This document shows positions 7,776 to 16,662 of a stretch of DNA of 19,283 nucleotides, in pieces. The notes under the pieces were generated by a model. The model ran no database searches and was not told where the DNA came from. It saw nothing but the letters and a program-made list of their open reading frames with translations. Made by a program: the position numbers and the translations under genes. The stretch lies in the UHGV virus genome UHGV-1601451. One strand, written 5' to 3'. The stretch's first letter is position 1. The number at the start of each line of letters is the position of its first letter. This stretch comes from a virus.

Positions 7776-9100
7776 TGCACTGGCACCTTCAGAGGGATCA
7801 CCGGCACAAAGCCGGGATGCGTAATGGCATTACGCCGGATAATGTCCGCGTCACGCGCCGCGTTATCAAACCAGGTCGCCGCCAGCACCAGCGCGGGTAA
7901 AACCTCATCCGGCGTGCGCTGAATGATCCGTGCAGACTGTTCAAGGCGCGTGTTGATATCCGCATTCAGATCTGCTTTCACCCGGCGCAGCGCCAGAAAC
8001 AGCGCATCACTGGTTGTTCGGGACAACTCCTTATCAATTGCCGTATTCAGTGTGTCGCGAATGTCAGTCAGTTCTTCCCACGTCGGCAGGTCAACCGTGC
8101 TTTTCACCGCCGGTGCATTGTTCAGTGCCGGATGCGTGACGGAGGGCCAGCCAGTGCTCTGCGCGGGTGTTGTTGCCTGCCCCACTGCGGCATTCTGCAT
8201 CACCGCGGAAGTTGTTGGCGCAGGCAATCGGGTGACGGCATACGCCGCTTCGCTGATTGCGGTCGTACGAAGGGTGCTGGCAACCACGTTACGCTGCTGC
8301 GTCGCCGTGGCGGTGGTTTTACTGTCCGTTTTCCAGACGCCGCGCGGTTGCAGATCGCTGCCGAGGCTGACACCGGAAAGCGTTTTGATCATGGTGACCA
8401 GGTCGCTGGCGTTACCATAAAGGCGTTTCCCGGTACGCCACATTTTCTGCACCTGCTCAACGAAATTTTTGCCTGACGATGGCGGCGGCAGAAGTACCGA
8501 GATATCCCCCTGCAACAGCCTGGCGGCATCCGATACGGCAGAATCCACCACTTTCATCGCATCAGAAACATACCCAAGCATTGTGCTGGCATTACCGACG
8601 ACGTCGTTCTGCACAAAATCTGCCACGCCATCGATACTGAAACCACTGAAGCTGTCACTGATGCAGTCATCCAGTGCAGAACAGGATGACATCAGCGTCT
8701 GCGCCGTCGCCGCACCTGAAGTGGGGTAAGAGAGTTCTCCCGCTTCGACAAACTTCAGGTCAAAGCGGACAATACGCCCTTCACTCTTCGATGTGCTGAC
8801 CCGAACTTCCCCGTCAACACAGACTTTCAGCTCACCGTAAGTCGGATGGACAAGTGTGCCGGGACCGGGTTTATTCAGCGCGTCAATCAGGCGATCGCGC
8901 TGGTCAAAGCAGTCATCTCCCACCACATAAGCTGTGATGGACGGGCGGAAAGTGATTTTCCCCAGGTCTTCGGTATAGGGTTTGTCGCGGTTCGGGTATT
9001 CGTGCGTTTCCACACGACGACCGGTTCCCGCACTTTCTTCTTCAACCTTAAACGGCACACCGCGAAATGACGCGTCCTGAAGTCTGTCTTTCCACGTCAT
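7772..9100 (-). CDS. DNA circulation protein (Mu N-like)
   Basis: Contains MTWKDRLQDASFRGVPF... near the N-terminus. Start placed at the ATG at 9100 (GGAG SD 5 nt upstream); the track ORF begins at 9142 with no SD, and its first 14 codons overlap a terminator-like hairpin. Confidence 0.8.
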   Translation of the reverse strand: MTWKDRLQDASFRGVPFKVEEESAGTGRRVETHEYPNRDKPYTEDLGKITFRPSITAYVVGDDCFDQRDRLIDALNKPGPGTLVHPTYGELKVCVDGEVRVSTSKSEGRIVRFDLKFVEAGELSYPTSGAATAQTLMSSCSALDDCISDSFSGFSIDGVADFVQNDVVGNASTMLGYVSDAMKVVDSAVSDAARLLQGDISVLLPPPSSGKNFVEQVQKMWRTGKRLYGNASDLVTMIKTLSGVSLGSDLQPRGVWKTDSKTTATATQQRNVVASTLRTTAISEAAYAVTRLPAPTTSAVMQNAAVGQATTPAQSTGWPSVTHPALNNAPAVKSTVDLPTWEELTDIRDTLNTAIDKELSRTTSDALFLALRRVKADLNADINTRLEQSARIIQRTPDEVLPALVLAATWFDNAARDADIIRRNAITHPGFVPVIPLKVPVQ

Positions 9101-9115
9101 ATAAACTCCGTACAT

Positions 9116-9137
9116 AAAAAATCCCACCGGAGTGGGA
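9116..9137 (-). terminator. short hairpin followed by T6 (intrinsic-terminator-like) between tape measure stop and DNA circulation start
   Basis: Minus strand reads TCCCAC-TCCG-GTGGGA followed by TTTTTT. Stem is only 6 bp, so at most a weak or partial terminator. Confidence 0.3.
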
Positions 9138-9160
9138 CTCATTAACAGATTAATTTTTCA

Positions 9161-10996
9161 TTACCTGCCAAAGCGCGTATAGCCAACATCATGGCTGACA
9201 TCAAAACCGCTGGATCGCGTTTCCATAACCCGCATACCCGGAGGCGAATTCACAAAAGAGACCTTGATCTCACCATCAACTTTTGGCGCAGAAGCTTTGT
9301 TAATCATGAAGGGATTCGGGCCTGTGGCATCGGAGGCGTTGTTTGACTGAGCCGGATCTACCGCCTGATAAGGTGTGTATCCCCGTGCCGGTATTCCCGT
9401 CCCATAAGCATCATAAGCACCCGCGCCCCACTGCGCAGAGTTAATGACATCGACCGTGTCACCGGAACTGTCGGTAAACCACTCAATAATTGGCTTCAGC
9501 TTGTCCCACATATCCTGAAACCACTTAACAACCGGTCCCCAGTTATTGATTACCATCCCCAGCGGCGACCAGGCAAAAACCTTCTTCAGAAGTTCCCAGC
9601 CAGCCTCAAAATAAGGACCAATGGTTTCCCAGAGCTTCTTGAAATAAGGTCCGACAACATCCCAGTTAGTGATAATTAATCCCGCAGCCAGGGCTATCGC
9701 CGTCGCAATCATTCCAATCGGCGTCATCGACATGATCCTGCTGACAATACTGATGGCACCGCCAACGCCCATCAATCCCAGTTTCAGAATCGCAAAACCG
9801 GCAGCAAGCCCGACGACGCCGCGAATAACCCGGGGATTTTCATCCGCAAACTTCGTGAATTTTTCCCCTAACTCCCCCAGCCATTGCGTGATATTTTTGG
9901 CGTCACCAGAAAATGCGCCGCCAATAGCCGCAAGGCCGTTAGTTGCGGTCCCCGTCATTGCCTCCCACAGGTTGGACAGCGTACCAAGCTGGGCCTGAAC
10001 ACGTTTATTCAGGCTGGCCTGTTTATTCATCTTCTGCTGGATCTGATCGTAACCATCTTTTCCTTTATCGATCAGAGCATTGACCACCTGAAGGGTTTCA
10101 GCATCATCACCAAATATTGCCTTAAGTACACCGGTTCGCTTAACGTCGGTCAGTTTTCGCAGCTTTGCCAGTTGCCTGAACATGTTATCAAGACCGCCAA
10201 AACTCCCTTTGCCGTCAGTAAAATCGAGCTGCACTCCGAGTTTCTGGCGGGCCATGACTTTATTGACGTCCCTGATTTTCTTAACGCTTAATCCGGACTG
10301 GATAACTTTTCGCAGGGCATTACCTGCCGACTCCCCGTTCATCCCCATCTGATCCATCATGACGCTGATAGGGGCAAGGCTCTGTGCAGCCTGAAGACCG
10401 TCCTTATTCACCATCTTCAGAACAGAACTGGTTTTAGTGAAGAAGGACAACATGTTGGTATCGTCAACGCCCAGATAAAACGCCTTCTGGATAGTGTCGA
10501 ACAGCCCCATCATGTCTTCTGACGCCGTTCCGGTAGCATCCTGCATCTTTGCAGCAAACTCAGCAGCCGCTTCTGGTGTTTTTTTCAGTTGTACCGCAAG
10601 ATAAGCTGTCGCTTTACCCACACCACCCAGAATGTTTTCTGCCGGGATCCCCTGACGCACCAGCATCTGCATCATGTTCTGGAAATCAGCCGTTGTACCG
10701 GGTAGCTGGTTACCCAGGCCAATAGCCAGTTTATTGATGTCCTGAAAGCGCTTTCCAACCTCGCCGTTCGCATCCATCATGGCGACTTTCAGCCCGGTGG
10801 CGGCGTTTTCCTGATCGGCATAAGATTTCAGGGAAAGCGTCAGACCCGCTGCCAGTCCGCCACCAAGCGCCAGCCCACCCTGTGACGCTTCTTCCGCCTG
10901 GCGTTTAAATCCCCGGATTTTCTTTTGCATTTTCGACAGCGCCGGAGAAAGCCTGTCGACACCGGTGATCAACGCCTTAAGCTCAAATTCAGCCAT
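9161..10996 (-). CDS. tail tape measure protein
   Basis: 611 aa, helical and Ala/Gly/Leu-rich with a Trp-rich C-terminal region. Located directly after the frameshifted chaperone pair and before the baseplate genes. Confidence 0.85.
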   Translation of the reverse strand: MAEFELKALITGVDRLSPALSKMQKKIRGFKRQAEEASQGGLALGGGLAAGLTLSLKSYADQENAATGLKVAMMDANGEVGKRFQDINKLAIGLGNQLPGTTADFQNMMQMLVRQGIPAENILGGVGKATAYLAVQLKKTPEAAAEFAAKMQDATGTASEDMMGLFDTIQKAFYLGVDDTNMLSFFTKTSSVLKMVNKDGLQAAQSLAPISVMMDQMGMNGESAGNALRKVIQSGLSVKKIRDVNKVMARQKLGVQLDFTDGKGSFGGLDNMFRQLAKLRKLTDVKRTGVLKAIFGDDAETLQVVNALIDKGKDGYDQIQQKMNKQASLNKRVQAQLGTLSNLWEAMTGTATNGLAAIGGAFSGDAKNITQWLGELGEKFTKFADENPRVIRGVVGLAAGFAILKLGLMGVGGAISIVSRIMSMTPIGMIATAIALAAGLIITNWDVVGPYFKKLWETIGPYFEAGWELLKKVFAWSPLGMVINNWGPVVKWFQDMWDKLKPIIEWFTDSSGDTVDVINSAQWGAGAYDAYGTGIPARGYTPYQAVDPAQSNNASDATGPNPFMINKASAPKVDGEIKVSFVNSPPGMRVMETRSSGFDVSHDVGYTRFGR

Positions 10997-11407
10997 GTGT
11001 GCGTTTCTCCTGCTCTATCCTGTTTGCCTGACTGACCAGCAAGGGAATTTCACTGATCGGCATATTCAGCAATTCGAAGGGATTAATGCGCCAGTAACTG
11101 GCGCAGTCAAAGAAGCGATCAGTGAGGTATTCAGCCGTCAGGCCTGGAGGAAAAAACCAGCCACAAGCCACGCCGCTGCATTCAGGTCTGCCGGAGACAT
11201 CTGGTCGACAGAGCTTTGCGGCACTTTCGCCAGCCGCACAATGTATTTCGACACCACATGCGCCAGAAGTCTGACGGACTCATCCTGATTCATCTGGTAA
11301 GGATACCCCAGCTCGCGGACATCCTTCCCGGTGGGTTCATCAAACTCCAGTACGGAGAGTGTCTCGCCATGAGCGATAATCGGTTTCTTTAACTCAAGCT
11401 CTTTCAT
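10989..11407 (-). CDS. tail assembly chaperone, long form produced by -1 programmed ribosomal frameshift
   Basis: Slippery heptamer T-TTT-TTC on the minus strand (plus coords 11150-11156). The -1 frame continues as FFPPGLTAEYLTDRFFDCASYW...EKRTHG and stops at 10989, overlapping the tape measure start. Same architecture as the lambda G/GT and P2 E/E' chaperone pairs. Confidence 0.7.
11138..11407 (-). CDS. tail assembly chaperone, short (in-frame) form
   Basis: 89 aa ending ...AAWLVAGFFLQA, directly upstream of the tape measure. Contains the slippery heptamer near its 3' end. Confidence 0.8.
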   Translation of the reverse strand: MKELELKKPIIAHGETLSVLEFDEPTGKDVRELGYPYQMNQDESVRLLAHVVSKYIVRLAKVPQSSVDQMSPADLNAAAWLVAGFFLQA

Positions 11408-11763
11408 TACTGGTAATCCCCTTCTTCACCGTGGAACTCAAGATCAACCGTGCCTTCTTCGGCATTATGGTTCGCTTCGCCGTGCACCCAGGCTGACGAC
11501 AATACATAGACCTGACCGTTCGCCAGCTCAGCAGTGATGGTCATCTCATCAGACGAGGTGATTTTGCTCACAGGAAAATTCTTCGGCACCTTGAAGGTCC
11601 CTTTAACATAGGGCGCACGGTGAGTTTCCTTGCGGTCCACTGAACCGTCCAGGCCGATGATGTCATCATTGACCGTCCTGTTCATGGGCACCTCAATGCC
11701 GCCGGTCAGCGATAGCTGCTGACCGTCAATTTTGAAATAACAGGTTCCCCCGATACGGGCCAT
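11407..11763 (-). CDS. tail tube protein (Mu-type)
   Basis: 118 aa, immediately downstream of the sheath gene with overlapping stop and start. Confidence 0.8.
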   Translation of the reverse strand: MARIGGTCYFKIDGQQLSLTGGIEVPMNRTVNDDIIGLDGSVDRKETHRAPYVKGTFKVPKNFPVSKITSSDEMTITAELANGQVYVLSSAWVHGEANHNAEEGTVDLEFHGEEGDYQ

Positions 11764-13259
11764 TATGCAGACTCCTCTGAATACTGAAGACGGAACTGGT
11801 TAACCACGGCAAAGACACGCAACTGGTTAACATAGTCAGGCGGGAACAGCGTGTTCAGGCGGTTCGGATCGCTGGCATCACGCTCCACAACCAGGTACTG
11901 CTTGAACAGTTCGTAGTTTTCCACGATCCCCGCACGCTCGAGCTGACGGTAGGTTGCCAGCAGTTCCCCTTTGATCACTGCCGGGGTGACAATCGCCTGA
12001 CCGGGACCAAAGCGGGTACCGTCACTGGCAAGCTTGTGACGCCCGTACTTACTGGTAATGACGGATTTCAGTTTGCGCAGTACATACGCGCTGGTATGCA
12101 ACGTCTCGCTGTCGAGGTAGCTGTTATCCGCAACCCCGTAAGCGTTTTTCCTGTACGTGGTGACATCACGCTGAATGCGCAGTACCCCGCTTTCGACATA
12201 CGCCGTTGCCACGCCATGAGACAGCAGGGTCTGTTGTTCGGTCATCGTGAACCGTTTCCCCTTCGGCGCAGGCAGCATACCCACCAGCTCACCGGTCTGC
12301 GTGGGACGTGCCGGATCGTTGCGGATAAACACCGCTGCGCGGGCGGTACGGCTTGCCGCCAGCTCATCGGCAGGCGTCTGGGTGTCTTTTTCGTACCCCG
12401 CCAGGGTAATGTGCTGCTGGTTAAACTGGTCACCTGCGGTCACCAGTTCTGACAGCGTGCCGATCTTTGCCGTATACACATGGCCATACAGCTGACGCGC
12501 ATAGCTCCAGCGACCGCTGGTATCGTTCATCTCGGTCACCAGCGTGTTAAGGGAGGCCGTGTCGTTGAACGGCAGACCGATATAATCAAACGGCTCATCC
12601 GCCATTGCAGCCACCGCGCCGGTGAGAACCGGAGCGCCCGTTCCGGCGGTCCCCGCCGCCACGGCAATCTGTACGCCCGCAGGCAGCACTTCTCCCCCAC
12701 CGAAGCCGTAGTAATTGAGGCTGACAGGAATTTCATTCCCGCAAAGCCCCTTATGACGCGCGGTCAGTGTGACCACGCCAGCCGAAGATGAGGCCGTAAA
12801 CGGCAGGGCCGGAACGGCATTGATGGCATCCTGGATACTGCTGGCAATCGTCGCGACGTTATCGCCGTTGGTCACCGGTGCCTGCACGCGGGTACGTCCC
12901 ACATAAACATTCACCGTGCCGGTTTCGGTTGCCGCGCCGGTCACCGTCAGCGTAACTGTTGCCGCCGCGCCCGTGGATTCAGGAACGGCAATCACATACA
13001 GTTCACCAAACGGGTCGGTCTGGCGATAAGCCTCGACCATACGCGCCAGCTGACTTCCCGCACCACAAATCTGGCGTGCATAGTCTGCCGATGGCATCAG
13101 CACCAGACTGTTGGCAACAATCTCTGCACCGTTATTGGCATGACCAATCAGCAGCGATGCCCCGCTGTCCTGTGCAGTATTCGCCGCCTGGTTATCCATT
13201 TCCGCATAAAACAGCGGAACCAGCGTATTCGACGGAATGGTGTTAAAGCTTATCGTCAT
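11763..13259 (-). CDS. contractile tail sheath protein (Mu-type)
   Basis: 498 aa starting MTISFNTIPSNTLVPLFYAEMDN..., characteristic of Mu-family sheath proteins. Followed by the tube gene. Confidence 0.9.
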   Translation of the reverse strand: MTISFNTIPSNTLVPLFYAEMDNQAANTAQDSGASLLIGHANNGAEIVANSLVLMPSADYARQICGAGSQLARMVEAYRQTDPFGELYVIAVPESTGAAATVTLTVTGAATETGTVNVYVGRTRVQAPVTNGDNVATIASSIQDAINAVPALPFTASSSAGVVTLTARHKGLCGNEIPVSLNYYGFGGGEVLPAGVQIAVAAGTAGTGAPVLTGAVAAMADEPFDYIGLPFNDTASLNTLVTEMNDTSGRWSYARQLYGHVYTAKIGTLSELVTAGDQFNQQHITLAGYEKDTQTPADELAASRTARAAVFIRNDPARPTQTGELVGMLPAPKGKRFTMTEQQTLLSHGVATAYVESGVLRIQRDVTTYRKNAYGVADNSYLDSETLHTSAYVLRKLKSVITSKYGRHKLASDGTRFGPGQAIVTPAVIKGELLATYRQLERAGIVENYELFKQYLVVERDASDPNRLNTLFPPDYVNQLRVFAVVNQFRLQYSEESA

Positions 13260-13413
13260 CGGTATTCACCTTTTTATTCACGCGCCGGATATCACCCGCT
13301 GCTTCACGGCGCAGCCAGTAGTTGTTCTCATCAACATTTCGCCCTTCGGCGGGCAAAAGGTCGCCGCGGGCAGGGTCAGGAACTGACCGCCCTTTAACAG
13401 GTTTGACAAACAT
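13243..13413 (-). CDS. small hypothetical protein (56 aa), not in the supplied ORF track
   Basis: ATG at 13413 preceded by GAGGA (5-nt spacer) overlapping the upstream gene stop. Translation MFVKPVKGRSVPDPARGDLLPAEGRNVDENNYWLRREAAGDIRRVNKKVNTDDDKL, stop at 13243-13245. It fills the otherwise non-coding 160-bp gap and overlaps the sheath start by 17 nt. Confidence 0.5.
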   Translation of the reverse strand: MFVKPVKGRSVPDPARGDLLPAEGRNVDENNYWLRREAAGDIRRVNKKVNTDDDKL

Positions 13414-13421
13414 GAGGATCC

Positions 13422-13982
13422 TCAGGAAGGAAGGGTTATTTCGGTGTGATGTTCGATATCGCCGTCAGGCCCGTTACCGGGCTCGAGATAATCAACATCA
13501 ATCGCCAGCGTTTGCAGTTCATCCAGACTGTTCAGATCATCCTGCTGGCGGGTATCGTCTTCAGTCAGCTCGCTGATGACCGAAAAATCGAACTGATAAA
13601 TCAGCTCATGACGATTCAGATCCAGCAGCGTGCCGCCGTCATAGGTAATCGGGTTACCGCACGCCTCCGGGTTCCAGCCCAGCAGAGCCTTAAAGAGCAT
13701 CTGCCGGACATCGTCAACCACATCATACGAGGCAAACTGACCGCGCTCATCACGCCCGTTACTCAGTATGACAACCACGGAGAAACCCTCTTTCAGCTCC
13801 TGCCAGTAGTCGGTCTGGCTTTTGTTTTCTCCCGGAGAATCATCACCCGGTACAACATATGCCGCCGGGAGTTTCAGCTTTCCGACCTCCGGCAGATTTT
13901 TGAACTGGGCCGCGCCTGCAACCCGGTTTTCAAAATACGGACAGCGGGCACGCAGTGCAGCAATAACAGGCGTCAGTTTCAT
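13422..13982 (-). CDS. neck / tail-completion protein (Mu gp37-like family, tentative)
   Basis: 186 aa, acidic, between the head-tail connector genes and the sheath. 4-nt overlap with the upstream gene. Family assignment by position only. Confidence 0.5.
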   Translation of the reverse strand: MKLTPVIAALRARCPYFENRVAGAAQFKNLPEVGKLKLPAAYVVPGDDSPGENKSQTDYWQELKEGFSVVVILSNGRDERGQFASYDVVDDVRQMLFKALLGWNPEACGNPITYDGGTLLDLNRHELIYQFDFSVISELTEDDTRQQDDLNSLDELQTLAIDVDYLEPGNGPDGDIEHHTEITLPS

Positions 13983-14485
13983 CTGTGTCGTCGCTCCGGC
14001 TTCAGTGATTTACGCAATTCCCGCGCCAGAAAATAGCGTGTCCAGCTGCGGTTCTTTTCAAGCGTTTCCACCATAAAGTTATTACGTGGAGCCAGTCGCC
14101 AGCCGCTGCCACCGGATGCACCACGATGATGGCTGCGACGACGCTTTGCTCCTCCCCGGACACCAAAAAACAGAAACGCCGGATAGAAGTCACCAGAGAT
14201 CATCCGGTTCCCCTTCCCGTTGCGCTGGTTAGGGGCAATGCGTGTCATAAAACCGGCTCGCTTTTTACTGGCTCCCGGCACCATGTAACCAATCGAACGA
14301 GCCAGGCGTCCGGTCTGATAACCGGGGTTTTCACCCGGTGCCGACCGCGCACGGCGCATCACCAGCCGACGGGCATCACGCATATGACGCTGCCCAATCG
14401 TGACAAACGCCCGCCGGACACGGGCGCGGTTAAAGCGCATCTCGGCGGGCTGCTGAACATCAACGTGAAAAAAGGAAGTCGCCAT
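13979..14485 (-). CDS. virion morphogenesis / tail-completion protein (tentative)
   Basis: 168 aa, strongly basic (Arg-rich). Packed with overlaps between its neighbours in the connector cluster. Confidence 0.5.
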   Translation of the reverse strand: MATSFFHVDVQQPAEMRFNRARVRRAFVTIGQRHMRDARRLVMRRARSAPGENPGYQTGRLARSIGYMVPGASKKRAGFMTRIAPNQRNGKGNRMISGDFYPAFLFFGVRGGAKRRRSHHRGASGGSGWRLAPRNNFMVETLEKNRSWTRYFLARELRKSLKPERRHR

Positions 14486-14870
14486 TGTTGCCTCCGTGAC
14501 TCTGCGTAAATTCGCCCAGCTCCGTACATTCCAGCAGCAGAAAGCGCCGCGCCCCGTTCAGATCGCGCTGACGTTTTACCCGGTACACACTATCACCGCA
14601 GACCACCTCATAATCAGCGGTGATCCCCCGGCGGTAACGAATGGTGATGTAATGGGTGATGGCGTCCCCGGTCTGCGCGGTTTCCTGCCTGGTGGTGGCA
14701 CTGGTCTGGATAACCTTCGCCCATGTCCGGAACGTAACCGGGTATTGAGGCTCCACGCCAAAGTTATCCGCGGGCATATCCACCCGCAGGCGGATCAGGA
14801 CGCGTTTATTCAGTTCACCGGGGTCCGGCAGAATGTAGGTTGCGCTGGTCTGCGCCTGACGAATTTTCAT
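14460..14870 (-). CDS. head-tail adaptor / head closure protein (tentative)
   Basis: 136 aa, in the connector cluster downstream of the gp6-like gene. ATGA-type overlap with the upstream gene. Confidence 0.5.
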   Translation of the reverse strand: MKIRQAQTSATYILPDPGELNKRVLIRLRVDMPADNFGVEPQYPVTFRTWAKVIQTSATTRQETAQTGDAITHYITIRYRRGITADYEVVCGDSVYRVKRQRDLNGARRFLLLECTELGEFTQSHGGNNGDFLFSR

Positions 14871-15190
14871 TGCGGAAAGTACCTGTACGGGCCGACAAGC
14901 CAGCCAAAACTCTGCGGCATGTCGAGTTTCTCCACTTCCGTAACCGACGAGCGGTTTTCGTAAAAATGGCTGATAAGCATCAGCATCCCCAGACGAATAT
15001 CATCCGGCAGGTGCAGCCCGTCCGGATCGCTGTCCGGAATGGTTTCATCCGGTGCATAGAGCTTCCGGTTCAGATACGTTTCCGTCCGCTTTTGTGCCGC
15101 ACATGCCAGCAGTTGCAGATGGCGGTCATCAGTATCGAAATCCTCATCCAGCCGGAGTTGGGCTTTAATCTCTTCCATTGTCAGAAGCAT
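14867..15190 (-). CDS. head-tail connector protein, gp6-like
   Basis: 107 aa, MLLTMEEIKAQLRLDEDFDTDD..., typical of the small gp6-like connector family that follows capsid genes. Confidence 0.6.
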   Translation of the reverse strand: MLLTMEEIKAQLRLDEDFDTDDRHLQLLACAAQKRTETYLNRKLYAPDETIPDSDPDGLHLPDDIRLGMLMLISHFYENRSSVTEVEKLDMPQSFGWLVGPYRYFPQ

Positions 15191-15192
15191 AC

Positions 15193-15393
15193 TCAGCCCT
15201 CTTTACTGGTCGTGGCTTTTTTCTCTTTTGCCGCTTTACTGCTTTTTGCACTGATTCCGCGCTCTGCTAACCCGGCCTGAAGTGCAATCTCCTGCACCCG
15301 GGCAGGAAGCGCCCCGTCGTCATACTCACCGGCCCGAATGACCTCAACACGCATACCGTCCGGTGACCATTTCAGATCTTGTTTCAGGATCAT
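15193..15393 (-). CDS. small hypothetical protein (66 aa), Lys/Ala-rich C-terminus
   Basis: Tightly packed between the capsid gene and the connector gene. Function unknown. Confidence 0.45.
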   Translation of the reverse strand: MILKQDLKWSPDGMRVEVIRAGEYDDGALPARVQEIALQAGLAERGISAKSSKAAKEKKATTSKEG

Positions 15394-15415
15394 GATTCTT
15401 CACCCGTCAGAACAG

Positions 15416-15435
15416 GGGGCGCGGTTCCGCGCCCC
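15416..15435 (-). terminator. GC-rich stem-loop just downstream of the major capsid gene (no U-tract)
   Basis: GGGGCGC ... GCGCCCC perfect inverted repeat, 8-11 nt after the capsid stop. Not followed by a T-run on the transcribed strand, so more likely an attenuator or stability element than a full terminator. Confidence 0.35.
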
Positions 15436-15442
15436 TGAGTGA

Positions 15443-16648
15443 TTACGCCGCTGCAATCTTCAGCAGTTTGATGGCCTGCGAATCGACCAGCATCCCGCCG
15501 GTGCGCTTGGTGGTATAAAAACCGACAAACGGTTTATTGGTGTACGGGTCACGCAGAATGCGGGTGCCGATACGGTCAACGATGGTGTAACCCCGTTTGA
15601 AGTTACCAAATGCAATGGCTTTCGCATCAGCGGCGATATCCGGCATCTGTTCGTTTTCAGCGATACCGTAACCCGCCAGAGAGGACGGCTGCCCCAGTTC
15701 CAGCCCCGGACGCCACAGATAGTTACCCTCGGTGTCTTTCAGCAGACGGATGGCAAACAGGCTGTTGTTGTTCATCATGAACTTCGCGCCAGTGCGGTGT
15801 GCCTTACGCAGCGTGTAAATCAGTTTGATAATGGCGTCTGCGGTCACCGCGGTCGCTTCGCCGGATACAATATGCTGAAGTTTGCCGAACGCCCGGACCT
15901 TGTCGGTTTCATCAGTGGATTCATACGCCAGGAACCCTTTCGGCTTCTTGGTGCCATCGCCTGAGGTAAAGGCAATTTCTTCCTGTTCGGCAAATTCGGT
16001 TGCCAGCTCGCTGTTGATCCAGGCCTCCACGTTGAAGAAGGCATCGTCCAGCATTTTCTGGGTAGCCTGCGGGTTGCCGTAGATTTCCCCCATGAGAGGT
16101 TCAATCAGCTCCAGTCTGGAGGTGGCAGTCTGGGCTCGCGTATCCGTTTCCCCCACCCATCCGGAAGCCGTACCGCCCAGATTCACCAGTTTTTTGTAGT
16201 CGGAACCGCCAACGGTGATCACCGTGGCTTCCTGACGCATCACCACTTCATCTTTCAGCAGGTTAAGAATGTTGCGATCCAGTTCTTCCGGCACGGCGTA
16301 GCCACCGTCTTCATCGGTACCCACCTGCAATGCCTTACGCTCCAGATCGCGCAGACCGTCTTCACGGCCTTTACGCAGGAAGCCCACAAACGCCTCTTTA
16401 TGCTCGGTGGCCAGTTTATTTTGCGCTCCACCTGCCGGACGTTTCAGCTCAAGCAGCTCTTTTTCAAGGTCGCTTTTGAGATTTTCCAGCTCGCTGAGTT
16501 TCCCGTTCAGGGTTTCCACCTGCCCGGCAAGCTTGCCTTTTTCCTGCTCAATCGCATCCACGCGCTTGTCGTTCTTTGCTTTGAAGTCGTCAAACTTCTG
16601 CTGCAGCTCCTGCGCGACCTGTTCCACATCTTTAATATCAACCGCCAT
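15443..16648 (-). CDS. major capsid protein, HK97 family, with N-terminal coiled-coil scaffolding (delta) domain
   Basis: 401 aa. The N-terminal ~100 aa is a charged heptad-rich coiled coil (DIKDVEQVAQELQQKFDDFKAKNDKRVDAIEQEKGKL...). The C-terminal part resembles the HK97 fold core. AGGAG SD 7 nt upstream. Directly downstream of the prohead protease. Confidence 0.9.
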   Translation of the reverse strand: MAVDIKDVEQVAQELQQKFDDFKAKNDKRVDAIEQEKGKLAGQVETLNGKLSELENLKSDLEKELLELKRPAGGAQNKLATEHKEAFVGFLRKGREDGLRDLERKALQVGTDEDGGYAVPEELDRNILNLLKDEVVMRQEATVITVGGSDYKKLVNLGGTASGWVGETDTRAQTATSRLELIEPLMGEIYGNPQATQKMLDDAFFNVEAWINSELATEFAEQEEIAFTSGDGTKKPKGFLAYESTDETDKVRAFGKLQHIVSGEATAVTADAIIKLIYTLRKAHRTGAKFMMNNNSLFAIRLLKDTEGNYLWRPGLELGQPSSLAGYGIAENEQMPDIAADAKAIAFGNFKRGYTIVDRIGTRILRDPYTNKPFVGFYTTKRTGGMLVDSQAIKLLKIAAA

Positions 16649-16662
16649 CGTATTTCTCCTGA

